In this document: positions 17,817 to 24,338 of the stretch, piece after piece | Layout: every line of letters starts with the position of its first letter | Numbering within the stretch: position 1 is the stretch's first letter | Source of the DNA: a virus | Lineage: Duplodnaviria > Caudoviricetes | IMG/VR virus record: IMGVR_UViG_3300034272_001471 | Coordinates: 1 to 61,028 of that record | DNA: 61,028 nt | Strand: one strand, 5' to 3' | Notes under the pieces: generated by a model | What the model was told of the DNA's origin: nothing | The model's database searches: none | Seen by the model: only the letters and a program-made list of their open reading frames with translations | Made by a program: the position numbers and the translations under genes

Positions 17817-18425
17817 TCACTCAAACTCAATCGTCGCATCCCATTCCGGGATGACAGTGCGACATTCTGCCACAGTCGCCCGGCAGAAATCCACTAACTT
17901 TGTGCGCTCGTAGTTCTTCACCGATAAAGTCATTCGGCACAGAGTCCTGGCGTAGCGGGCCATGGTCATGCAGTGCCTGTTCGTTTCCTGGCGGCCCGCG
18001 ATTCCGAGCTCCTGCCGGATCTGAGCGCCGCGCAGGTAGGCGGTCCACTCGTCCAGGATCATGGTCGGCCTGTCGGCCCATGGCCCAGCCTCACCCTGCC
18101 GGCGGTAGGTGGCGTAGATCGTCCCCCGCTCTGGCTCCGGGACGGCGTCGAACACTGCGGCCGTCCGCAGCGGCGGAATGGGAACCCACCGCACCCGCCC
18201 GCCCATGGCGTACAAGCCATGCTCCCGACCGCGGAACCGGGACAGGAAGTGACTGCCCTCATGCCCGTACGTGATCAGGTCTGGCTCCCGGGCGTCCGTA
18301 TCCCTCGGCAGGCGGCCGGCAATGTCCCGCAGCGTCGGGCCAAACCCCTGGGGCGGCGACCAGATCAGTGGCACCTCCGCCCGGCAGACGGCTGAGAGCA
18401 ACAGGAATACCGCAAAAGCCCGCAT
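17817..18425 (-). CDS. Secreted hypothetical protein
   Basis: Signal peptide-like N-terminus; HEGSH (HExxH-like). Confidence 0.6.
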   Translation of the reverse strand: MRAFAVFLLLSAVCRAEVPLIWSPPQGFGPTLRDIAGRLPRDTDAREPDLITYGHEGSHFLSRFRGREHGLYAMGGRVRWVPIPPLRTAAVFDAVPEPERGTIYATYRRQGEAGPWADRPTMILDEWTAYLRGAQIRQELGIAGRQETNRHCMTMARYARTLCRMTLSVKNYERTKLVDFCRATVAECRTVIPEWDATIEFE

Positions 18426-18612
18426 GTAGGACTAATGCCCTGCCAGGGCCCCTGGCGTGCCGCCTAAAGCCCGGCCGCCCTGGGGCGACCTCCCGCCCGG
18501 CCGGCGGCTGAAGTGCCGCCAGAACGCACAGGCGGGGCATCCACCGCCGCCCCGCGCTGCCTAAGAGCATGGAGCCCATCAGCAGACCGCAGGGCGACGA
18601 TGGATGGTGGCA

Positions 18613-18903
18613 TCACTCCTCGCGGACCAGCGACACGCCGAGCTCTCCGGGCTGTGCCGGGGCGATGGTGTCGGTGGCCACAAACTCCACCACGGCCGGC
18701 TGGCTGACGTTGCCTGCGTCGTCAACGTCCACCAGAGTCAAGACGACGGCAGCGTCCTGCGGCACCGTCACCTCACCGAAGGAGGTGGAGTCCGCACTAA
18801 ACGAAGTCGTCGTCGTTTCGCCGCCGACTGTCACCGACAGCCGCCTGGACACCACATCAGAATCCACAGCCGGCCCGGCCGTTACCGCATAGACCAATCC
18901 CAT
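18613..18903 (-). CDS. Beta-rich (Ig/Fn3-like) hypothetical protein
   Basis: GAGG SD; VDVDDAGNVS...DTIAPAQPG. Confidence 0.6.
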   Translation of the reverse strand: MGLVYAVTAGPAVDSDVVSRRLSVTVGGETTTTSFSADSTSFGEVTVPQDAAVVLTLVDVDDAGNVSQPAVVEFVATDTIAPAQPGELGVSLVREE

Positions 18904-19056
18904 AGAAAACCTCGCTCTGCGGATGAGACAAAAACGCACCGCAAAAGGCTGGCGCATCCGAAACGACAGCCTGCGGAGTTCGCTTGCAATAGATCGTCCA
19001 AACCACATCATGTGCGCTCCCGTCAGTCAGTGGGCGCGACGGGCCGTAGGGCGCGC

Positions 19057-19171
19057 TATACGGCTCCGCATAACGCCGGCGTCCGCCGTTACGCCGCAGG
19101 CTGGCGTTGATTCGGCGGGGTGATATACGGCAGAGGGTGCGATATACGGAACCGCATAAATGTGGTTCTGT
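19057..19171 (+). other. attI-like site: core CGCATAA-ATGTG-GTTCTGT with upstream direct repeats
   Basis: GTT at 19165 without an attC left arm; repeats tatacgg(ct/aa)ccgcataa at 19057 and 19143, gatatacgg at 19122 and 19141. Confidence 0.6.
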
Positions 19172-19173
19172 GG

Positions 19174-19476
19174 CTAGTCGGCAAGCGATTGCCTCAACTG
19201 TGATAGCGCCTTATGCGCTTTCCTTCGCTCTGGTGTGTTCATCGCGACAAGGCATTTGTCACTGAACGGGTCTATCTGCGCCAGGCATGCGCCAATATCG
19301 TCTAGCATCGCGTCCACATCAGGATGATTGTTTCGGAATCGCATGCCGTACATGAATGCCGCAAGTGCCGCCGGAGAGTCGCCCCCGTCCACCCCGCATA
19401 GACGGCAGTCGCGCTGAAACTCACGAAAACCCACAGAACCACGCATTGCATCAGACCGCTCATCAACGTCGCTCAT
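19174..19476 (-). CDS. Cassette 1 hypothetical protein
   Basis: AGGAGG SD and ATG inside the attC1 loop; MSDVDERS. Confidence 0.65.
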   Translation of the reverse strand: MSDVDERSDAMRGSVGFREFQRDCRLCGVDGGDSPAALAAFMYGMRFRNNHPDVDAMLDDIGACLAQIDPFSDKCLVAMNTPERRKAHKALSQLRQSLAD

Positions 19477-19522
19477 TGAATCATCCTCCTTTGTTCGCGG
19501 CTGCTGAATGCAGCCGTTCTCG
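19433..19522 (+). repeat. attC-like site 1 (90 bp)
   Basis: acagAAC cacgcattgcatcagacc...ggctgctgaatgcagcc GTTctcg. Confidence 0.75.
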
Positions 19523-19789
19523 CTACCCACCCGCAACGATCCTCTCGCAATGCTTGCATCGCTGGACTCCCTTTGCGAGCAGGCGAGCGGCGTACTCTGT
19601 CTTTGGTTTCTCGTAGCACCACGCGCCGCAAACAGCGCGGCCGGCGTTGTCGGTGCCGCCAGTGTCAGCAATCTTGATGCAGTGCAGGCGGGTCGCGTAC
19701 CAGCCCGCGAACCACGCGAAAGCACCGTCTGCGGCAGGCAGTTTCTCATGTAGCAGTTTTGGCGATTCGGCAACAGGTTTTTCGGTCAT
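19523..19789 (-). CDS. Cassette 2 hypothetical protein (Cys/His, possible Zn-binding)
   Basis: GGAG SD; LHC...VCG...CKHC. Confidence 0.6.
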   Translation of the reverse strand: MTEKPVAESPKLLHEKLPAADGAFAWFAGWYATRLHCIKIADTGGTDNAGRAVCGAWCYEKPKTEYAARLLAKGVQRCKHCERIVAGG

Positions 19790-19818
19790 GTCGTCTCCAG
19801 TAACATTGTGCCACTCAG

Positions 19819-19867
19819 CGAGAACCAAGCGATGCTGCGGACGAGCCGCTGATCGCAAGCGTTCTGT
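19819..19867 (+). repeat. attC-like site 2 (49 bp, minimal)
   Basis: cgagAAC caagcgatgctgcggacgagccgctgatcgcaagc GTTctgt. Confidence 0.8.
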
Positions 19868-19869
19868 GG

Positions 19870-20064
19870 CTACTTGCTCGCCTTTTTCTTCACGCACCGC
19901 AGCAACGCCTTGAGCCAGTGTGCGTCTCGCTCGGATAGCAGTTGCGGGCCTTTCGACGGGAACGCCTCCATCTTGTGAGCGTGCTGCTCCACACGCTTGA
20001 TGGCGTGCTTCAATGCAGACACCAAGTAGTATCGCTCGTCGTCGTCCAGCGTGACCTTCATCAC
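19870..20064 (-). CDS. Cassette 3, gene b, hypothetical
   Basis: ORF track; stop abuts R' of attC2. Confidence 0.55.
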   Translation of the reverse strand: MMKVTLDDDERYYLVSALKHAIKRVEQHAHKMEAFPSKGPQLLSERDAHWLKALLRCVKKKASK

Positions 20065-20303
20065 TTGCCTCCAGCCTGACGCTCCAGTGCCTCAATCCGC
20101 GCCCGAAGGACTTGCGTTTCTTTTATCAAGTCGCACACCACATCCGTGTCTCGGCTGTACGCGCGAGCGATCGTCCAATCAGTGGCGGCGAGTTGCTGAA
20201 TCCTGTAGAGCGCCCATCCAGAAAACAACAGGGCCGCGACGCTCGCCATCAACGCCACAGAACCAAGCGATGCAACGGACGGCCCTGCTACGTCATGTGT
20301 CAT
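20061..20303 (-). CDS. Cassette 3, gene a, membrane-anchored coiled-coil protein
   Basis: Start inside the attC3 loop; TM helix followed by coiled coil. Confidence 0.6.
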   Translation of the reverse strand: MTHDVAGPSVASLGSVALMASVAALLFSGWALYRIQQLAATDWTIARAYSRDTDVVCDLIKETQVLRARIEALERQAGGK

Positions 20304-20345
20304 GGTGAGTCCTCAGGTGGCCGCCGTTGATCTTCCGTGTTCTCA
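20257..20345 (+). repeat. attC-like site 3 (89 bp)
   Basis: acagAAC caagcgatgcaacggacggcc...ggccgccgttgatcttccgt GTTctca. Confidence 0.8.
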
Positions 20346-20702
20346 TTTCGTCCGTTCAAGCAGCCCGCGAAGAGCCACCACTCGGTCAGGCTCTTTCCCG
20401 CCGTACCACTCAGCGTCCAACTCGCGCCGGATAGCCGCCTCAATCGCCTCACGCTCCTTGTCGGTGAGCCCCCCGAAATCCACCGGGTCCATCGCCTCCC
20501 GCTCCGCGTCGGTGAGCGCTGGCAAGCGGTAGAGCGGAACGATGCCGTGATTCCCAGTTACTGCCTCGTCAATCGCTTTGGCCTCTTCTTCGATGCCATA
20601 GACATCGTAGATTCGCTGGCCGTCAGCAAGCACCACAGCCCACGCGCACGGCTCCCCGTGAGAACCACGCGATGGAATGGACTGCTCATTGGCGTCTGTC
20701 AT
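20343..20702 (-). CDS. Cassette 4 hypothetical protein (AWAVV / PLY / LTDxEREA family)
   Basis: Start inside the attC4 loop; stop overlaps R' of attC3. Confidence 0.7.
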   Translation of the reverse strand: MTDANEQSIPSRGSHGEPCAWAVVLADGQRIYDVYGIEEEAKAIDEAVTGNHGIVPLYRLPALTDAEREAMDPVDFGGLTDKEREAIEAAIRRELDAEWYGGKEPDRVVALRGLLERTK

Positions 20703-20747
20703 GTCTCATGCTCCTGTGTTCGCAGCCATTCATCGCTGGCGTTCTCA
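20659..20747 (+). repeat. attC-like site 4 (89 bp)
   Basis: tgagAAC cacgcgatggaatggactgc...gcagccattcatcgctggc GTTctca. Confidence 0.8.
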
Positions 20748-21080
20748 GTGTGTTCGTTCCAGCAGCCCGTCAATGACCGCCGCGACCTCCACGCTGTCGG
20801 CAAAACGCCCCGCGAAGTAGTCCTCTCGCACTCGCCGCAGCACCTTTCGCAACGCCGTCCGCTCCTCGTCGGTGAGCGTGGGATGCGGCTTCTGCACCAG
20901 CCCGAGCCTGAACAGGGCGGTCACAACATTGAAGGCAAATGGCGATACGCCGAGCTGGTCGCACCAGCGTTCCGCCGCAACTGCCATGGATGACCGCTCC
21001 GAAAACATCGCCTGCCCATGCTCCCCGCGAGAACCAGCGGATGCAGGAGACGGCTCGTTGGTGTCGTTTGATTGGCTCAT
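20745..21080 (-). CDS. Cassette 5 hypothetical protein (LTDEER...GLLER)
   Basis: Start inside the attC5 loop; stop overlaps R' of attC4. Confidence 0.7.
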   Translation of the reverse strand: MSQSNDTNEPSPASAGSRGEHGQAMFSERSSMAVAAERWCDQLGVSPFAFNVVTALFRLGLVQKPHPTLTDEERTALRKVLRRVREDYFAGRFADSVEVAAVIDGLLERTH

Positions 21081-21118
21081 GGTTTGTTCCTCGCCGCTCC
21101 TGATCCTGCGTGTTCTGT
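21028..21118 (+). repeat. attC-like site 5 (91 bp)
   Basis: cgagAAC cagcggatgcaggagacggc...gccgctcctgatcctgcgt GTTctgt. Confidence 0.8.
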
Positions 21119-21120
21119 GA

Positions 21121-21396
21121 CTACTCTGCCTTCCAGCCGTTGTTGATGTACGCCAGCACGGCGTGGAATGCAGCCACCTCGCCAGCCGTCCTAGCGGCGT
21201 CTGCGGTCAACGGCTCGCCGCCTGCCTTTGCGATCAGGCCGATAGTGTCTAGCCGCGTCTCGCGCTTCTCAATCTGCCACCGCATCCAGTCGATGAGGCT
21301 GCCATGCTGCCTGTTCATGGCATTGCAAAAAAACTCCTGCGAGTCGCGCAGACCTGAGATAAGGTTGTCTCGCCGTTTGATTGCGTTGTAGAGCAT
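21121..21396 (-). CDS. Cassette 6 hypothetical protein
   Basis: AGGAGG SD; ORF track. Confidence 0.6.
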   Translation of the reverse strand: MLYNAIKRRDNLISGLRDSQEFFCNAMNRQHGSLIDWMRWQIEKRETRLDTIGLIAKAGGEPLTADAARTAGEVAAFHAVLAYINNGWKAE

Positions 21397-21428
21397 TTCA
21401 ATCCTCCTGTTGTGTCATCCAACAAACC

Positions 21429-21477
21429 ACAGAACCAAGCGATGCTGCGGACGAGCCGCAGATCGCAAGCGTTCTGT
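21429..21477 (+). repeat. attC-like site 6 (49 bp, minimal; near-identical to site 2)
   Basis: acagAAC caagcgatgctgcggacgagccgcagatcgcaagc GTTctgt. Confidence 0.8.
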
Positions 21478-21480
21478 GGG

Positions 21481-21747
21481 CTACTTGTCTTCCGTTGGCA
21501 GGGCTGGAAGCGGCACCCAGTGGGTGACTGCCACTTCATTCCCGCGATCAATCCAGCAATGGCGACTGTATAGCGTGGCCGTGTAGCCGACGAACGGTCG
21601 CCCGCCGGCTGTCAGCGCCGCAACGTGCTGCCCAATATCAGGCAGCCGCTCCGACACCGGAATCCAACCGCCAAGGATCGCTTGACGGTTCGCCACAGAA
21701 CCAGCGGATGCAGGAGACGGCTCGGGTGTGTCGTTCGGTGTAGTCAT
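21481..21747 (-). CDS. Cassette 7 DUF551-like phage protein
   Basis: WIPVSERLP...VTHWVPLPALP; start inside the attC7 loop. Confidence 0.75.
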   Translation of the reverse strand: MTTPNDTPEPSPASAGSVANRQAILGGWIPVSERLPDIGQHVAALTAGGRPFVGYTATLYSRHCWIDRGNEVAVTHWVPLPALPTEDK

Positions 21748-21784
21748 GCCTTCTCCTTGCCGCTCCTGATCCTTCACGTTCTGT
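21695..21784 (+). repeat. attC-like site 7 (90 bp)
   Basis: acagAAC cagcggatgcaggagacggc...gccgctcctgatccttcac GTTctgt. Confidence 0.8.
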
Positions 21785-21787
21785 GGG

Positions 21788-22039
21788 CTACTTGCGAGCC
21801 TCGCGGATCGCCTTTGCCATCGCATCTTGGATACGAGGGTGTATCGGCACAGCCTGCGACTGAATCGCCCTCGGCTTCCTGCCGTAGACCAAAGGCCACA
21901 CTCTCCAGTCGGCTCTGGTGTCTGCGATCAGCATTCGCGCAACAGCATCGGCGTCCTCTTCGCAGCGAAATATCTCATGGTGGTGAAAACGCTCGCCAAC
22001 GCGAACCACTGCATACGCAACGGGGGTGCGATCGCTCAT
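21788..22039 (-). CDS. Cassette 8 hypothetical protein
   Basis: GGAG SD; PVAYAVV...VWPLVY. Confidence 0.6.
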   Translation of the reverse strand: MSDRTPVAYAVVRVGERFHHHEIFRCEEDADAVARMLIADTRADWRVWPLVYGRKPRAIQSQAVPIHPRIQDAMAKAIREARK

Positions 22040-22057
22040 GTCTATACTCCGTTCGCC

Positions 22058-22147
22058 ACAGAACCAGCGGATGCAAGAGACGGCTCGGCACCGTCCTGCG
22101 TGTTGTCGTTGCTCATGTCTCGCCGCTCCTGATCCTTCACGTCCCCA
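22058..22147 (+). repeat. attC-like site 8 (R' degenerate, GTC)
   Basis: acagAAC cagcggatgcaagagacggc...gccgctcctgatccttcac GTCccca. Confidence 0.7.
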
Positions 22148-22156
22148 CTCTCCAAC

Positions 22157-22363
22157 TCATGCCCGATCGGGACTATCGCAGCCAATTTCGCCGCTGCGCG
22201 CCGGGATCGTCTCCCATTTTCGCGCCGGATGTGCCCGCTCGGGACAATGCCTAGCGTTCGCTCGCAGCAGACGAATCTCGTCGTGTGCCGCAAACAGCCG
22301 GATCGACTGATACGCTGCCGACATCCAACCAGCGGCGGCCAGTATCCACGGCACCCAACTCAT
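22157..22363 (-). CDS. Small membrane protein
   Basis: N-terminal hydrophobic helix. Confidence 0.45.
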   Translation of the reverse strand: MSWVPWILAAAGWMSAAYQSIRLFAAHDEIRLLRANARHCPERAHPARKWETIPARSGEIGCDSPDRA

Positions 22364-22857
22364 ACCCGTAATCCCTCGCTTTCCGTCGCTTTTTCAATAC
22401 GACCGGCTCGCCCTAGTAGCCTCCGCACCACCTGCTCGGTGCGATCCATCGCCCGGTAGCAGGCGTCGTCCGCTACTCGCCCCAAGATCTCCCGCTCCTC
22501 GTCTGTGAGTGTGGGCTGGCGGTAGAGCGGGACGACCCTGTCGCACCCGGTGGCCCGGGGCCACGCATCTTTGATCCGAAATGCAATGCTTGTGATCTCG
22601 CCGTCAGGCCGCACCACAGCCCACGCCACTGCCCCCTGTGCAAGATGCCCCCGCCCACCCGTCGCTTCTCCCTTTGTATCGGGCCGCGTGTCGTCTAGGG
22701 GCAAGCCTCCATTCTTGTCGCCGGCCGGTGACTGCCGCTCTGGTGCGCTCCCCGACGTTCCGCCGGAGCCAGAGCCGAATAGAGACTGTTCGATTTGCCC
22801 GCCGTGCTGGACGCCAAGACGGTAGGCGGCAAGCAACGCTGCAGAGTGTTCGGTCAT
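22360..22857 (-). CDS. Hypothetical protein sharing modules with cassette genes
   Basis: AVAWAVV...VVPLYRQPTLTDEERE. Confidence 0.6.
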   Translation of the reverse strand: MTEHSAALLAAYRLGVQHGGQIEQSLFGSGSGGTSGSAPERQSPAGDKNGGLPLDDTRPDTKGEATGGRGHLAQGAVAWAVVRPDGEITSIAFRIKDAWPRATGCDRVVPLYRQPTLTDEEREILGRVADDACYRAMDRTEQVVRRLLGRAGRIEKATESEGLRV

Positions 22858-23135
22858 GGCCACCTCGGGTACAGGAGACAACCTTCAGACTGGTAGCCGT
22901 TCATCACCTCAATGGCCGAGATCCGCGGGAACTCCTTGGACATCTCGGTGGCAATGGCTTCCTTTGGCATGGTGTCGATCCTCGCCCGGTGAGCCGCCAC
23001 CCAGTTGTTCATCGCCGCCATGTCCTCCGAGCAGTCAGGGCCGGAGGCTTGGCGGTCAACCCAGGTGCGGATCACGTAGTTGAACGTGCGGAACTTCAGG
23101 ATGTTTTCCCACACCGCCTGCTTGCCGAACATCAT
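22854..23135 (-). CDS. Hypothetical protein
   Basis: ORF track; coupled overlap. Confidence 0.55.
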   Translation of the reverse strand: MMFGKQAVWENILKFRTFNYVIRTWVDRQASGPDCSEDMAAMNNWVAAHRARIDTMPKEAIATEMSKEFPRISAIEVMNGYQSEGCLLYPRWP

Positions 23136-23138
23136 GTG

Positions 23139-23756
23139 TCACCCCATATGCTTACGAGCTTTTGCTGCAGCCGAGCCACTTCGGCCTGGAGCATCTGGAT
23201 TCGTTTTCGCAACGTATCGTTCTCTTTCCTCAGTCTCTCCGCCTCCGGAGCAGAAGGTGTCGGTTTGTCCATCTACGAGGTCCAGGTACAAGTGGGGAAA
23301 CAATAGTCCGACCAGCTCCTCCGCTGGCCGTAGGTGCGCCTTGGGTGCCACCAGAATCGGAACGTCATGCCCCCGCCCGCGGTCGCGTGTGACTGTCTCC
23401 TGCCAGGAGTCGTCCCTGTCCAGGATGGTGAGCCACACCCAATGGCCAGTTGGCTTGGAGAGGTACACGTAGATGAGGTTGCGGTAGCACTCCATCCCCA
23501 TACCGCGGAGGTCGTCCACGTAGACCGTGTCGTAGGGATAAGACTCGGGGCTGTCGAACGACAGACTCCGCTCCTTGATCTCCACGGAAAACAAAGCCAA
23601 CGCATCAGGTGTCTCAACGTGCCCGGTCCTTTTACATCGCTGCTTAACAACCAGCTTCTTCCCGTGAGCCACCGACCGGCCGAGATCGCGGATCGAATCG
23701 ACCCACCTTCGTTCCGCCGCATGTCCATTAGCGAGTGCCGTGGTAAAGGAGCGCAT
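23139..23756 (-). CDS. PD-(D/E)XK nuclease-like protein
   Basis: GHAAE...TPD...VEIK. Confidence 0.55.
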   Translation of the reverse strand: MRSFTTALANGHAAERRWVDSIRDLGRSVAHGKKLVVKQRCKRTGHVETPDALALFSVEIKERSLSFDSPESYPYDTVYVDDLRGMGMECYRNLIYVYLSKPTGHWVWLTILDRDDSWQETVTRDRGRGHDVPILVAPKAHLRPAEELVGLLFPHLYLDLVDGQTDTFCSGGGETEERERYVAKTNPDAPGRSGSAAAKARKHMG

Positions 23757-24303
23757 ACTGGTTCCACCAGGAGAAGGCATTCATGGCCGCAAGCACTTGC
23801 TTGCGATTCACCATGGTGCCGACGATCACACCGTCCGCGCGCAGATCCTCTACGCGCCTGTACAACTCTTCGGGCGAGACATCGTCGGGCTGCAGGCCGC
23901 AGTCCAGGTACTCCAGATCCTCCGGTATCGGGTCCTCGGCCCGGATCTCGTCGGCCTGCTCGCGAACCACACGCGCCCAGCGCACAGACCGGCCGAAGAT
24001 TTCAGCGATGTCCTGGGGCTCCAGCCCCCAGTCCCGTCCGACAACCAGCGCCAGCCTTTCCGGGCTCGGGACACGCCCCACACCCCGCAGCAGGCGAACT
24101 GCACCGCGAGTCTGCTCCGTCTCCAGTTGCAGTTGCTTCGCGGCCGTGATGGCCGGGATCTTGTTGACGACGCACATCCGCCACAGGTCGGGGGCGTACG
24201 CCAAAGCATGCCGCAAGACGACGCCAGAACCTCCTCCAGTAACCATCTTTCTTCTCCTCCTTGAGAAACGACTTCGGAAACACATGCTCCACATCGAACG
24301 CAT
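23728..24303 (-). CDS. Hypothetical protein with HTH-like segment (start uncertain)
   Basis: GLEPQDIAEIFGRSVRWARVV. Confidence 0.5.
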   Translation of the reverse strand: MRSMWSMCFRSRFSRRRRKMVTGGGSGVVLRHALAYAPDLWRMCVVNKIPAITAAKQLQLETEQTRGAVRLLRGVGRVPSPERLALVVGRDWGLEPQDIAEIFGRSVRWARVVREQADEIRAEDPIPEDLEYLDCGLQPDDVSPEELYRRVEDLRADGVIVGTMVNRKQVLAAMNAFSWWNQYALLYHGTR

Positions 24304-24338
24304 TCAGGACCTCTTGGACCGTCCAGTCCAGTAGGTGG

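Larger units (their letters stand above)
19057..22147 (+). mobile_element. Integron-like cassette array (attI-like site plus 8 attC-like sites), no intI
   Basis: Eight AAC...GTT imperfect palindromes with integron L-box pattern; each cassette start is complementary to its own R''. Confidence 0.85.

Noticed and set aside
19433-22147. CRISPR array or REP-like interpretation of the repeats
   Set aside because: The intervening segments are gene-sized ORFs of variable length, the repeats differ internally, and they show attC R/L-box architecture with cassette-specific end complementarity.
19174-22293. Long ORF-track versions 19174-19773, 19523-20095, 21481-21825 and 22042-22293
   Set aside because: The upstream extensions run through neighbouring cassettes; internal ATGs (19476, 19789, 21747, 22116) match the cassette boundaries, the first three with clear SDs.
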